A stretch of 64,000 bases of DNA, taken from the NCBI GenBank assembly GCA_965279035.1, contig OZ257142.1, positions 1,568,001-1,632,000 of the forward strand. Direction: 5' to 3'. Within the stretch, counting starts at the first letter, position 1. Each line of letters begins with the position of its first letter. Positions 20,169 through 30,619 of this stretch are shown here, piece after piece. The stretch comes from Bacteroidia bacterium (GTDB lineage Bacteria > Bacteroidota > Bacteroidia > M30B66). The notes under the pieces were generated by a model. It did no database searches. It was given only the letters and a program-made list of their open reading frames with translations, and was not told the DNA's origin. The position numbers and the translations under genes are program-made.

Positions 20169-21503
20169 TTAGATTAAACCCCTCGATTTTAATTCAAGGT
20201 ATTTATTTACCGTATTCATCGAAAGTTCAGAAGGACGCGTATAAATAGTTTGAATACCGTGCTGTCTTAATAATTGAACAAGTCCAAGTTTCATTGTAAC
20301 ATGCTTCCTTGCTGTTGTTTGAACATAAATTTCTTCCAGTGTTTTTCCCGGTTGCAGTGCCAGTTCTGAGATATCCGTATTCTCGAAAAAGATTACTACC
20401 AACAAGTGCAAACGGTTGATTTTTCGAAGTAATGGCAATGCTCTTTCTAAAGCATGTTGACTTTCGAAGTTCGTATATAAAAAGAGCAAACTACGTTGGG
20501 ATAATCGGCCTCGAATGGTCGTGTACAACAATTCATAATTAGGCTCTAAATCTTTTTCTTTCAACAAATAAAGTGCTTCCAACAAATGCTTCATCTGCGA
20601 ACGCGATCGTTCTGCCTGAATCACTTTGGATGCATGACTAGAGAAATAAATCAATCCAGCTTTGTCTTGTTTACGTAAAGCGATGTTGGAAATCACTAAA
20701 CTGGTATTGATCGAATAATCCAACAAACTGAGTCCATCAAAAGGCAATTCCATCGAACGACTTTGATCAATCACATTGAAAATCTGCTGTGATTTTTCGT
20801 CTTCGTATTGGTTTACCATCAACTTACCGCGGCGACTTGTTGCTTTCCAGTTTACACTTCGAAATTCATCCCCGCTTACATATTCTTTTATCTGCTCAAA
20901 TTCATAGCTGTGGCCAATGCGACGAATTTTTCGAATGCCTTTAGACGTGTTTAAATCGGCAAACGTGCGAAGTTCAAACTGTTTCATCTCCAGAATCGAT
21001 GGCATCACTGCAACTTCTTTCGACAATTCAAGTTCAAAGCGCCTACTGATTAGACCAATTCGGGAACGAACAAGTAAAAACACATTTCCAAATTGATAAA
21101 CACCGCGTATTACCGGGCGAATCGGATAGGTTAAACGAATTTTATTTCCTGGAGCTAAATCCGCCATCAAACTAAAATCGCGTTTTTGCAATTGTTCTGG
21201 AAGTTCATCAATCACTTCGGCTTTAAGCGATTGATTAGAGAGGTTAGCAAGCGAAAGCTGAACTTCGTGAACAGAACCTAATGAAAGAATTCGAGGCATG
21301 ATGCGAGAAGCCTGAAATCGAATTCCAGTTGCATACAGCAACACCATATCTCCAGCACCCAAAGCCAATATTAAAGCCAGCAATAGTTGAGCTATTGGAA
21401 ACAAAAAGGCAAAAGGAAACGACAGGGCAAAAACTCCTGCGATTATCCCTAAAGCCAAATTGAATCGGGCTGTTGGCTGTATGGAACGGATAAGTTTCAT
21501 CAA
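20169..21503 (-). CDS. DUF58 (vWA-like) protein
   Basis: EFEQIKEYVSGD..R.VNWKATSR, DQSRSM. Confidence 0.92.
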   Translation of the reverse strand: MMKLIRSIQPTARFNLALGIIAGVFALSFPFAFLFPIAQLLLALILALGAGDMVLLYATGIRFQASRIMPRILSLGSVHEVQLSLANLSNQSLKAEVIDELPEQLQKRDFSLMADLAPGNKIRLTYPIRPVIRGVYQFGNVFLLVRSRIGLISRRFELELSKEVAVMPSILEMKQFELRTFADLNTSKGIRKIRRIGHSYEFEQIKEYVSGDEFRSVNWKATSRRGKLMVNQYEDEKSQQIFNVIDQSRSMELPFDGLSLLDYSINTSLVISNIALRKQDKAGLIYFSSHASKVIQAERSRSQMKHLLEALYLLKEKDLEPNYELLYTTIRGRLSQRSLLFLYTNFESQHALERALPLLRKINRLHLLVVIFFENTDISELALQPGKTLEEIYVQTTARKHVTMKLGLVQLLRQHGIQTIYTRPSELSMNTVNKYLELKSRGLI

Positions 21504-22561
21504 CGCGGCACTTCGGTTTGTTGGAGAATGCGTTTGATTACTTGAACACTATCTACACCTTCCATTTCACGTTCGGGCGTTAATTGGATGCGGTGATTTA
21601 AGACTGGAATAGCCACATGGCGAATATCATCTGGAATGACAAAAGATCTTCCATTGATTGCTGCAAAAGCTTTGGATGCGCGCAGTATAGCCAGCGATGC
21701 ACGTGGTGATGCTCCGAGGAAAAGGTCGCTGTCGTTACGTGTTTGAAACACGATTTGAGCAATGTATCCTAGCAATTCATCTTTGATGTGAACCTGTTCT
21801 ACCAGCTTTCGGATATGAGCAATTTTGTGAGGATCTAGAACCGGTGTGAGGCTTTCCATGTATCGCTTATTGAAATCGTCGCGGAAGCGTGATAGAATGG
21901 CGATTTCCTGATTCAAATCGGGATAGTCGATCCGTATGCGGAAGAGAAAACGGTCGAGTTGTGCTTCAGGTAAACGATACGTACCTTCTTGTTCTATCGG
22001 ATTTTGAGTTGCTAAAACTAGAAACGGACTTGCCAATTCATACGTATTTCCATCAACCGTAATTTGCTGTTCTTCCATTACTTCGAACAATGCAGCCTGA
22101 GTTTTTGCAGGAGCACGATTAATCTCATCAATCAAGACAACATTGGCGAAAATAGGTCCTCGGTTGAAGGTAAATTCCGATGTTTTAAGGTTGAAAATAC
22201 TTGTGCCCGTTACATCCGAAGGCATCAAATCGGGTGTGAACTGAATGCGTGAATAATCGAGCTGAAGCGTTTTAGCAAGTAAACGTGCACTCAGTGTTTT
22301 AGCGATACCCGGAACACCTTCGAGTAACATATGCCCGCCTGCAAATAGTCCGGTAAGTAAATGCGTTACAAGTTCATCTTGTCCGATAAGCACTTTTCCC
22401 ATTTGTTCACGAATCTCATCGGCTGCTTCCATGACCGGCAAAACTGCTTTTTCAGGACCATCATCGATAGGTTGATCATTCGTAATTTCAGGCTGGATCG
22501 TTGGCTGTGCTGATTCTTCCGGATTTCCGGATGTTTCATTCAGTTCGTTTTCTGTACTCAT
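21500..22561 (-). CDS. MoxR-family AAA+ ATPase
   Basis: LEGVPGIAKT, RIQFTPDLMPSD, DEINR, ATQNPIEQEGTY, GASPR. Confidence 0.95.
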   Translation of the reverse strand: MSTENELNETSGNPEESAQPTIQPEITNDQPIDDGPEKAVLPVMEAADEIREQMGKVLIGQDELVTHLLTGLFAGGHMLLEGVPGIAKTLSARLLAKTLQLDYSRIQFTPDLMPSDVTGTSIFNLKTSEFTFNRGPIFANVVLIDEINRAPAKTQAALFEVMEEQQITVDGNTYELASPFLVLATQNPIEQEGTYRLPEAQLDRFLFRIRIDYPDLNQEIAILSRFRDDFNKRYMESLTPVLDPHKIAHIRKLVEQVHIKDELLGYIAQIVFQTRNDSDLFLGASPRASLAILRASKAFAAINGRSFVIPDDIRHVAIPVLNHRIQLTPEREMEGVDSVQVIKRILQQTEVPR

Positions 22562-23817
22562 TTGGCAAGGGTATAAAACTGTGATAGAAGTTTGTAAAAA
22601 GCAATAATTTCTTGGTCATCTAACTCCACATACACTTTCAATCGGTTTTCTTCTTCCATGATTTTTCGAATGTGCTCAATTGGAACGCCCGATCGCATGG
22701 ATAAAAGTTGACAATTTTCTTCATTCAATTCTTTGGAAAATACGCGGTATCGTTCTCGGATGAATGAATAAAAATAACGCATCTGATGACGCATTAAGGT
22801 TTGATGATTTCGTTGATGAAAATACAATCGACCGATGGACTGAACAAACTCCAATGAACTATTGATTTTAGGTTCGATGATCGGTATAATCTTCTGTCGA
22901 CGGCGTGTGTAAAATAGGAGGTAAATAAGCCCTAATCCAAGTAACACATAAAAGCTCCAACGTAAAGAACGGTTTGAAAGGATGAAGCTAAGTGGAGTTT
23001 CATTGGTGCCATGAATTTTGGGTGCGCCTTCCTCATTATGTTCATTGCGATGATATTCATCCCAAAAGAGATCTCCCGATTTTAAATAACTCAGCGCTTT
23101 TGCAGCATAAATAGCTTCCTCTTTTCGAATTAAATGATAGTTCGTGAACATGAGCGGAGTTGTATGAAGCAAGAAAACTCCTTTGCCTTTTTTTATTCGC
23201 ACATAATTCACCAAGTTAGGCTCGAAATAGGCGAGTGGTTCCATTGGACTATTCTCGCAAAACTGAATGGAATCAAAGGCTCCAAAATCGTATCGATGAA
23301 TTTCCTTTTTGTATTGAAAATGAAACTCTGTTCCTTCATTTGATTTAAGTTGAGGGTGATAATAATTCGCGTAAACGATGCTATCGTAATAATAATATGA
23401 ATTGCTGTAATTACTACCGGCACAAGCGCTATCGTAAATCGATTCCATAATGCTTATTGGAAAAGACTTAGCCGAAATAAAAGCGGTATTTCCATTTTCT
23501 ACCCAGCGTATTAATTGATTTTGTTCGTTTTCGCTTAGATAAAGTTCTCGACCAATGAATACGTATGTTCCTTTTTGCTTTTGTGAATTCAATGAATCCG
23601 TTTCGAAACTCTGATTGATTTGATTGAAAGCATAAATAGGAAATTGGTCATCCAGTAAATCATGAATCACTTGCGTACCATACGGTTGATCACTAGTAGG
23701 ATCGAAGCTTTCGTACCAATTAAATTCATCATCACCCGAATTGAGATACCAAAAAATCCCAATCAGTAATATGGCAAGTAGGGCAATGAAAATTCCATTG
23801 AGTGGTGTTTTTTTCAT
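22558..23817 (-). CDS. DUF4350 domain protein
   Basis: N-terminal TM, PYGT motif, P..FTNY, RRRQ.IIP, EFV.SIG.LY; cluster context. Confidence 0.75.
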   Translation of the reverse strand: MKKTPLNGIFIALLAILLIGIFWYLNSGDDEFNWYESFDPTSDQPYGTQVIHDLLDDQFPIYAFNQINQSFETDSLNSQKQKGTYVFIGRELYLSENEQNQLIRWVENGNTAFISAKSFPISIMESIYDSACAGSNYSNSYYYYDSIVYANYYHPQLKSNEGTEFHFQYKKEIHRYDFGAFDSIQFCENSPMEPLAYFEPNLVNYVRIKKGKGVFLLHTTPLMFTNYHLIRKEEAIYAAKALSYLKSGDLFWDEYHRNEHNEEGAPKIHGTNETPLSFILSNRSLRWSFYVLLGLGLIYLLFYTRRRQKIIPIIEPKINSSLEFVQSIGRLYFHQRNHQTLMRHQMRYFYSFIRERYRVFSKELNEENCQLLSMRSGVPIEHIRKIMEEENRLKVYVELDDQEIIAFYKLLSQFYTLAK

Positions 23818-24653
23818 GCCTTCGTGTTTGATTTATATTCCGCAATGGATGAACGGAATGCGTGAAACAAAGGCTCAAGCCGACGATATGCAGCTTCATT
23901 TGGAGGAGTAGAACTATACCAACTTTTTTCGAACCAGCGCGTTAGATCTCTAAAGCGACGATGAAAAGATGTGGATCTTAATTCACCCACATAATCGGCA
24001 TTGGTTTTATCTTTTTTCCATCGTATGAGTTGAATACGATGTAGATCAGCAAGCGTTTGCAAATAGAGCAATCGCACAGCAAAAGCATAATTCCCTGCTG
24101 CTAAACATTCATCCAATTTACGCTGAAGAATTTGCTCTGGTGAAGCTTCTTTCTCAATATCCACCTGCAACCATTCCGGATCTTCTTTGATATTCGGATT
24201 GTTTTTCCCTGCATTTTTAATAATAAAGTAAATCAGGAAACATAAAACCAAGAGAATGATGACAATCAGTATTACTTGTCCGACACCTAAAAACGATGTT
24301 TTGGTATTTAATTTCAGTTCGGGTGCAGGAGTTTTCTTTTTGACTTCTTGCTTTTTTTCTTTGTCGTAATTCAATCCACGAATGGCCTTGGCATAATCAC
24401 TTTCATCGAATGCTTTTTTTCCAGTGTTTTCGGGGCGGTATTTTTCAGAGATACTATCGATTGAAAACCCAGCTGAATGTCCAGTGTAATTCTCTTCTTC
24501 GTTGTAGTTCTCAGTAGCATCATCTGCATCTACTTCTTCGCTCTCATATACAACTGAATCTGTTTTTGTTGTATCAGGAAGAACTTCGGTTTGTCCTTGA
24601 ATAAAGGAAATCGAATGAGTGAATATGAAAATAGATAGGATTAATTTCTTCAT
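23814..24653 (-). CDS. DUF4129 domain protein
   Basis: AVRLLYL..L, W.KDKTN.DY, F..LT..FE..WY. Confidence 0.8.
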   Translation of the reverse strand: MKKLILSIFIFTHSISFIQGQTEVLPDTTKTDSVVYESEEVDADDATENYNEEENYTGHSAGFSIDSISEKYRPENTGKKAFDESDYAKAIRGLNYDKEKKQEVKKKTPAPELKLNTKTSFLGVGQVILIVIILLVLCFLIYFIIKNAGKNNPNIKEDPEWLQVDIEKEASPEQILQRKLDECLAAGNYAFAVRLLYLQTLADLHRIQLIRWKKDKTNADYVGELRSTSFHRRFRDLTRWFEKSWYSSTPPNEAAYRRLEPLFHAFRSSIAEYKSNTKA

Positions 24654-26491
24654 TCGTTTGCTAATCCAGATTTACGGATTCGTTCAATTAATCCGGGAGC
24701 TTCACTTATTTCGCGGTAAGAATAATACGAATAAGCCATGCTAGTTAGCAATAAAGGAATGAGAAAGAAAACGGCTGAGCAGGTTAACAATGCTATAATT
24801 CCAGTTTTTATCCAGGCATACACTTCATCATCTAGTTTGAAATTCCAACTTAAAATGGAAGTATCCATCAAGGGAAGTATGACATCGGAAAGCAATAAGA
24901 AAAAGATCCCAATAATAGCAATACCGATGAAAGCTCCGTAATGACGAGCCAATCCACTAAATGCAATTTTCAATAATCCAGAAAGCGCATTTCCAAATGA
25001 TAATTCTGTGACTTGCCAGCCAGCCTGCAATTGCATGAAGAAAGGTAGAATAATGAGAAATAATAAAAAGCCAAATCCACTATCCAAAAAAAGTGGGAGT
25101 ATCAGCGGAATTAAAAGGATGAAACTACCGATGAATTTCTCCACTTGAAATTGTATTCCAGATTTAGTTCGCGTTTCGGCAGGTGCCATAAGTAAAGGTT
25201 CGGTTCTCCAACTTTGTCCGAAAATACAGGCAGTAAGAGCCGAAAGTGCAAGGAAAATAAAGCTGATTAATAAAGAACTTTCAATGGGAAAAAGCAGTCC
25301 TAATTTCAGGAAAAACCAGTTGTAATTAGCGAGAAAATCAGTCATTAAAAATCCGCGAAGAAATAGGATTGATATGGCATATAAAGTTGAAATACCCAAA
25401 TACCATTTCCAGTATTTACTCAAGAGGCGTATATAGGTCCTAAAGCTATCACCAAAAATAGCGCTTCCACTTTTTATTTGATCTAATTCAGGCGCAAATA
25501 CAGGCGTTGCTGGCATGCGTTGCTCATTCATTTTAAATGGAATTCCTCTCTTGGCTTTGCGGATTGGATAAATTACAAAGTAGCTAATGATGAAGAATAG
25601 TTGCAATAAAATAAAGGACAATCGGATAATGTTATCGAGTTCGGTGTAGCGGGTAATAAAGGCTTCGATCAAAGCCGCTACAATAATAATGGGTGTGATT
25701 CCTGCCATGATTTTAATTCCAGAACGGGCAGAAATTCGGAGTGCTTGTAGTCGGGTAAATGTAACTGGAAATACCAATCCTTTTCCCATCACCAAACCGG
25801 CTCCACCAGCAATGATAATGGAGGCAATTTCCATGGTGCCATGCATCCAAATGGTTAATGCAGAGTCGACAAACAAGCCACGGCTTATGAAGAAATATTG
25901 AAAAACACCTACCATGATTCCATTGGAAACGGTTGAACCGATCGTCCCAACAGCGAAGAATAATCCTAGAATAAATGTTCGAAAAGCAACAATAAGATTA
26001 TTCTGTGCGATATAAAGAAACATGTTGAGCGCATCGCGGTCTTTATAAACCGCCATAGGATCGCCCGACTGAATATTGGTATTCGTCATATCGACATATC
26101 CGGCACCCAAAATTGTTTGGGCAAAACTACTGTCGTAATGGCTCGATAACGCACCGATAAACATGCAGAATGTAAAAAGGAGAAACGAAAAAATCATCTC
26201 TTTGCGACTGTGATACACAACTCCAGGAAGATCTTCTTTCCAGAAATTAAAGAGGCGTTTTTTGTGGTTGACGGTATTTTTTAGAAGTGTTCCAAAAACT
26301 TTTTGAGTAAGCTGGTTGAGGTATACACGTACAACCCGGTTTCCATAATAGGTTCGAGCGTAGGATAAATCATCACTCACTTGAATGAATAATTCACTGG
26401 CTTTATCAGGATCGCGGTGTTTGTCCGAAAGCAATTTCTCGAGCTCAACCCATTTTTCCTTATTTTGCTCAATAAAGCGAGTTTCTTTCAT
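24650..26491 (-). CDS. SpoIIM (DUF95) family protein with C-terminal membrane extension
   Basis: MKETRFIEQNKEKW, DDLSYARTYY, HGTMEI, AALIEAFIT. Confidence 0.88.
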   Translation of the reverse strand: MKETRFIEQNKEKWVELEKLLSDKHRDPDKASELFIQVSDDLSYARTYYGNRVVRVYLNQLTQKVFGTLLKNTVNHKKRLFNFWKEDLPGVVYHSRKEMIFSFLLFTFCMFIGALSSHYDSSFAQTILGAGYVDMTNTNIQSGDPMAVYKDRDALNMFLYIAQNNLIVAFRTFILGLFFAVGTIGSTVSNGIMVGVFQYFFISRGLFVDSALTIWMHGTMEIASIIIAGGAGLVMGKGLVFPVTFTRLQALRISARSGIKIMAGITPIIIVAALIEAFITRYTELDNIIRLSFILLQLFFIISYFVIYPIRKAKRGIPFKMNEQRMPATPVFAPELDQIKSGSAIFGDSFRTYIRLLSKYWKWYLGISTLYAISILFLRGFLMTDFLANYNWFFLKLGLLFPIESSLLISFIFLALSALTACIFGQSWRTEPLLMAPAETRTKSGIQFQVEKFIGSFILLIPLILPLFLDSGFGFLLFLIILPFFMQLQAGWQVTELSFGNALSGLLKIAFSGLARHYGAFIGIAIIGIFFLLLSDVILPLMDTSILSWNFKLDDEVYAWIKTGIIALLTCSAVFFLIPLLLTSMAYSYYSYREISEAPGLIERIRKSGLANE

Positions 26492-26547
26492 CCGATAAAA
26501 ATCCAGTATCTTGGAAGCCGAAAAATAGGAATTCTTTTATATTCAAG

Positions 26548-27282
26548 ATGCGCCGTATCGAAATCATTACTCCGCAAAACGTTCCCATCCTGTATCAGCT
26601 CGCATCGGTGCGTGAGCGCATGTTGGCTTTCTTTCTGGATGCCTTGATTTTGCTAATTTTTCTCTACTTTCTCTACTTTGTGTGCATATCAACTTTTGGA
26701 GAAAACTCATTGATGTTTGTTTTATATGTAATCATTTTTCCCATTGCATTCTTCTATTCTTTGGCTTTCGAAGTGTTTAATCACGGTCAATCCATTGGCA
26801 AACGTGCAATGCAAATTAAAGTTGTCAAACTAACAGGTGTCGAAATTAGCTTGTCGGATTATCTTTTACGTTGGGCTTTCCGTTGGATTGATCTCTGGGG
26901 ATCGCTTGGTTCTATTGCTGCTTTGCAAGTAAGTTCTTCGAATAAAGGTCAACGCATTGGCGATTTGTTGGCCGATACAACGGTGGTTCGCTTACGCGCT
27001 GATTTTTCTGTATCACTAAATGATTTGCTAGCAATTAAAAGCACATCTGATCACGAGGTGATTTATCCTGAAATACGTAGGATGAAAGAAGAAGAAATGT
27101 TACTGGTAAAGTCGACGCTTGATCAGTATCGACGATTCCCGAATGAAGCACATAAAGAAGCCTTAATTCTGATTGCCAATAGTGTTGCTAAACGCATTGA
27201 ATTGGAACAAATTCCCAAGGATAAACAGGCATTTCTCATTCGAGCATTAACCGATTATGTAACGGTAACGCGATCGGCTTGA
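26548..27282 (+). CDS. RDD family protein
   Basis: ITPQNV, ER.LAF.LD, GQSIGK, QRIGDLLADT. Confidence 0.9.
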   Translation: MRRIEIITPQNVPILYQLASVRERMLAFFLDALILLIFLYFLYFVCISTFGENSLMFVLYVIIFPIAFFYSLAFEVFNHGQSIGKRAMQIKVVKLTGVEISLSDYLLRWAFRWIDLWGSLGSIAALQVSSSNKGQRIGDLLADTTVVRLRADFSVSLNDLLAIKSTSDHEVIYPEIRRMKEEEMLLVKSTLDQYRRFPNEAHKEALILIANSVAKRIELEQIPKDKQAFLIRALTDYVTVTRSA

Positions 27283-27381
27283 AGAAAAATTGTAAAAACA
27301 CTTCCTTATATAATAAAGTGGGGGATTGATGTAGATTGCTTTTAAACACTACTTAATCGAATGACTATAAAATATTTTTCG

Positions 27382-28008
27382 TTAATTCATTTGATTCTTA
27401 GATATTAACCAAATCTTAATATTTTCTATAAACTCAGGAATTGGCATAAAATCAATATCAGAATGAGAAAATCCATCTTTTATTTTTTCATCAAATAAGT
27501 TTGCCATAAAATCATTGAAATTATACCAAATTTTTGCAGTGCTTTTTGCTCCTTTATAGTTGACTGTTTCTACAAACCAATCACGAACAGCTCTTACAAC
27601 TTCCTGAGGTTCATTTTTATGAGATTTTATATCGAAGCCATTGATATCTGAAAATGCTTTCATATATCGATAACTCTCTTTCTCTAATATTAAAAACCGT
27701 TTTCCGCTATGAGCAATTCCTGAATATAGGCGACATCCGAAATCAATTCCAAGTTCAAAAGGCATATTTAACCTATAATATTCTTTCTTTTTGATTGATT
27801 GTATTCTAGAAATATCATGAATACTGAACTTTGATTCTGCAATTAAGTTTTTGATTTTCTCAATTCTAGGTATGCCAGAATCGGAATTTTCTTTTGCTAT
27901 TCTTGGCTCAAAATTATGATATAGAATTGTAAAAAGTAAGGTTCTTAGTAATGGTAAATATTCGTTATCAAATGGGCAATTAATAAATACGTTTTTTTCA
28001 TATTCCAT
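27382..28008 (-). CDS. Hypothetical protein, TIR-like/nucleoside 2-deoxyribosyltransferase-like fold
   Basis: VFINCPFD first strand, SIHDISR, RLNMPFELG (putative catalytic Glu85). Confidence 0.65.
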   Translation of the reverse strand: MEYEKNVFINCPFDNEYLPLLRTLLFTILYHNFEPRIAKENSDSGIPRIEKIKNLIAESKFSIHDISRIQSIKKKEYYRLNMPFELGIDFGCRLYSGIAHSGKRFLILEKESYRYMKAFSDINGFDIKSHKNEPQEVVRAVRDWFVETVNYKGAKSTAKIWYNFNDFMANLFDEKIKDGFSHSDIDFMPIPEFIENIKIWLISKNQMN

Positions 28009-28011
28009 AAA

Positions 28012-28248
28012 CTAAGTGTTTTTATCTTTAAGAGGATTTGGATCATTTCCATGACTATCTTTTCTTTCTATGGTGCCATCTTTTTTATGAATGTATAGCT
28101 CAGATTCTTGGTTCTTACTAATTTCACGAGCATATTCTACTGCTTCTCTTTTAATTTCAAAACTTTTAGAAGCTTTTTTTGCTCCCCCTTTTGTTACATT
28201 CCAACCTCCATTTCTAGAAGGAACAACGTGATGTGTTTTTCTTGACAT
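28012..28248 (-). CDS. DUF2188 domain protein
   Basis: HHVVP..GGW.V..GGA.KAS, EA...AREI, EL.IH.KDG.I, DSHGNDP; start reassigned to MSRK. Confidence 0.9.
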   Translation of the reverse strand: MSRKTHHVVPSRNGGWNVTKGGAKKASKSFEIKREAVEYAREISKNQESELYIHKKDGTIERKDSHGNDPNPLKDKNT

Positions 28249-28266
28249 AACTTTAAAATATTCACT

Positions 28267-28274
28267 CAAATTTA
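28267..28274 (-). promoter_or_regulatory. Bacteroidota -7 promoter element for the DUF2188 cassette
   Basis: TAAATTTG 18 nt upstream of ATG 28248. Confidence 0.6.
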
Positions 28275-28507
28275 AGAATTATTCAAGTCATAAATAAACT
28301 AAGCTATGTTTCCGATTGATTGTTAATAAATATTCGATAAATGGATCCAAAAAGTAAACGTTGAACGAGTGAATTGATCAAATGAATTGGTATTTTACTT
28401 ATTGTGCACTAATATGGCATGGATAGCAAGTGATTATTCTAAGAATTAAATCAATTTCAAATTCATTTTACATAAAAAATTTGATTTGAAGAATTCTAAA
28501 TTCCTCA

Positions 28508-28846
28508 CTATCTCCCAAAACACAAGTCATACGCCGATTCTAAGCAAGTTAATTCTTGTATTAATTCCGACATTTTGCATTTCAATCCTGCTCGACCAAA
28601 TTTCACAATATCAAATCCATCTATTTGTATGAGAATATCATTTTCTACTTGTATAAATTCCCATTTTGCATGAATCGAAACTTCTAATAAACGATCATAG
28701 GCAATGACATCTCCGCCTTGATTAAAAGAATAGGAAAATGTAAAAAGGAGCACCTTGTTAGTCGATTCAATTGGATCTTTAATGATGCTTTTACAAGCTG
28801 CTAAATTCATTTCATTGCAATAGAAACATTCATAAAAGCCAATCAA
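28508..28846 (-). CDS. Hypothetical protein
   Basis: 112-codon ORF directly behind a T9SS gene; no recognised motif. Confidence 0.35.
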   Translation of the reverse strand: MIGFYECFYCNEMNLAACKSIIKDPIESTNKVLLFTFSYSFNQGGDVIAYDRLLEVSIHAKWEFIQVENDILIQIDGFDIVKFGRAGLKCKMSELIQELTCLESAYDLCFGR

Positions 28847-28850
28847 TTTC

Positions 28851-30440
28851 TTATTTCGAAATCATCAATTTCTTCGAAATCATTTTATCTTTAGAATGAA
28901 TAATCACTTGATACATTCCCAATGGAAGTGATGAACAATCAATTTCATGTTTACTATCTAATTTCCCTACCATTACACGACTTCCTTGCACATTGAACAC
29001 TTCAAATTCTGAAGGGGAATCAATTCCTGAGAAATACACTTCATGTTGAGCTGGATTAGGATAAAGCAAAATGTTTGATTCATCTAATTGTGGGATGTCG
29101 GTTGTTAAACCAGTAAATCGAAGCATCACGACATCCGTGCCTCCGTGATTGCCCGAAATCCAGCCATCATTTCCTGCTGAACGACCTATTACATAAATAT
29201 CGTTGCTATTTCCTAAAACTACATGGTGCGCATAATCATTTTGTGAACTTCCCCAGCGAATGGTACTGATTGTATCGCCTGAATTGGCATTCACTTCAAT
29301 CACAAAACCATCCGAAAGTCCATTCCCAGTGCGAATAGAAGTATGATCCACACTGCGAGTTGATGAACATATCCAACGTGAATTGCCTGTCCCTGCAACA
29401 AATCCATAGGCATAATCTAAATTACTTCCTCCGTAGTTTTTATCCCACAGAATTGTTCCTGCAGCATTTAATTTAACCAACCACGCATCTGCATTTCCGG
29501 CAAAATAATTTGTCACATTTCCACTTCCACCACGAATGGTTCCAAGTGCTAAAATATCATCATTGGCTTCCATAATGAGTCCCGCAGGTGAATCTCCAGC
29601 CGTTCCTCCAAAAGTTTTCTTCAACGATTGAACACCCGATAGAGAATATTTGCTGAGAAATAGATCATCAGAATTCACATCATTAAAATTGTACGATGCA
29701 CCGAGTAGGTAAACGGCATCAGATGCTGAGTTAAGTTTTATATACCAAAAGCTTTCTTCCCAATCGGCGCTTACTACAAGTCCATTCGTTATCCGACTCC
29801 AAATTGGAATTCCTGTCGGGCTAATGCGCATCAACCAGGCTTTATTCGAACCTGCATACGTTGAGTTATTGATATCTCCATCAATCGAACCGCTGATTCC
29901 ACAAGCCATTAAATCTCCACCTGAGATTTCAAGTACATCAAAAAAAGTATCGGGCAAAGAACCGCCAAATTGTTTCGACCAAACTACATCGCCATCGGTG
30001 TTCAACTTCAATAAAAAGCCATCTTCACCTCCATGCGAATTGGGAAAAGTTCCATTAGATGAAGCTGTTCTACCTGCTATTAGTATGTTGCCATCTTGCA
30101 GTAAAATCAAGCTATAACATCGGTCAAAATCACTTCCGCCGTATACTCTACTCCAAATAAGTATTCCTTGTGCATCGGTTTTAAATAGCCAAATATCTTC
30201 ACTTCCAGGTCCACTTGGAATATCTCCATCGCTGGAATTCGTGAATGTAGCGGTGTAAATATTTCCACTTGCATCAATTAACGAATGAATCGAAGGTGCT
30301 CCTGAAATGCCTGTTCCAAGGCCAATCGGTTCTTCTGATGAACCACCATAACACTTGGTAAATAAGGTATCGATTTGTGCGTGTAACGAAGAAAATCCGA
30401 AGAGAAAAAGGAATGCGCTTAGCTTAATTGATTGTTTCAT
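28851..30440 (-). CDS. T9SS type A protein with beta-propeller repeats
   Basis: Repeated D.W..K....G...W...YGGS..D blades; LYPNPA CTD. Confidence 0.88.
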   Translation of the reverse strand: MKQSIKLSAFLFLFGFSSLHAQIDTLFTKCYGGSSEEPIGLGTGISGAPSIHSLIDASGNIYTATFTNSSDGDIPSGPGSEDIWLFKTDAQGILIWSRVYGGSDFDRCYSLILLQDGNILIAGRTASSNGTFPNSHGGEDGFLLKLNTDGDVVWSKQFGGSLPDTFFDVLEISGGDLMACGISGSIDGDINNSTYAGSNKAWLMRISPTGIPIWSRITNGLVVSADWEESFWYIKLNSASDAVYLLGASYNFNDVNSDDLFLSKYSLSGVQSLKKTFGGTAGDSPAGLIMEANDDILALGTIRGGSGNVTNYFAGNADAWLVKLNAAGTILWDKNYGGSNLDYAYGFVAGTGNSRWICSSTRSVDHTSIRTGNGLSDGFVIEVNANSGDTISTIRWGSSQNDYAHHVVLGNSNDIYVIGRSAGNDGWISGNHGGTDVVMLRFTGLTTDIPQLDESNILLYPNPAQHEVYFSGIDSPSEFEVFNVQGSRVMVGKLDSKHEIDCSSLPLGMYQVIIHSKDKMISKKLMISK

Positions 30441-30619
30441 AAAGGCAAATTAAACCAGAATTTACCTTGAGGAAAAATCTCTATTCAGGGTGCATCTTAT
30501 TTAAAAATGAGATTTCAATTTTTCCAATTTGAATCTATCTCAGAATCAAATCATCACCAAAATCAATAAGCTATTAAAGTTGAAATTGTGCTTATTTTGA
30601 AAGAGTATACCAGCGTATT

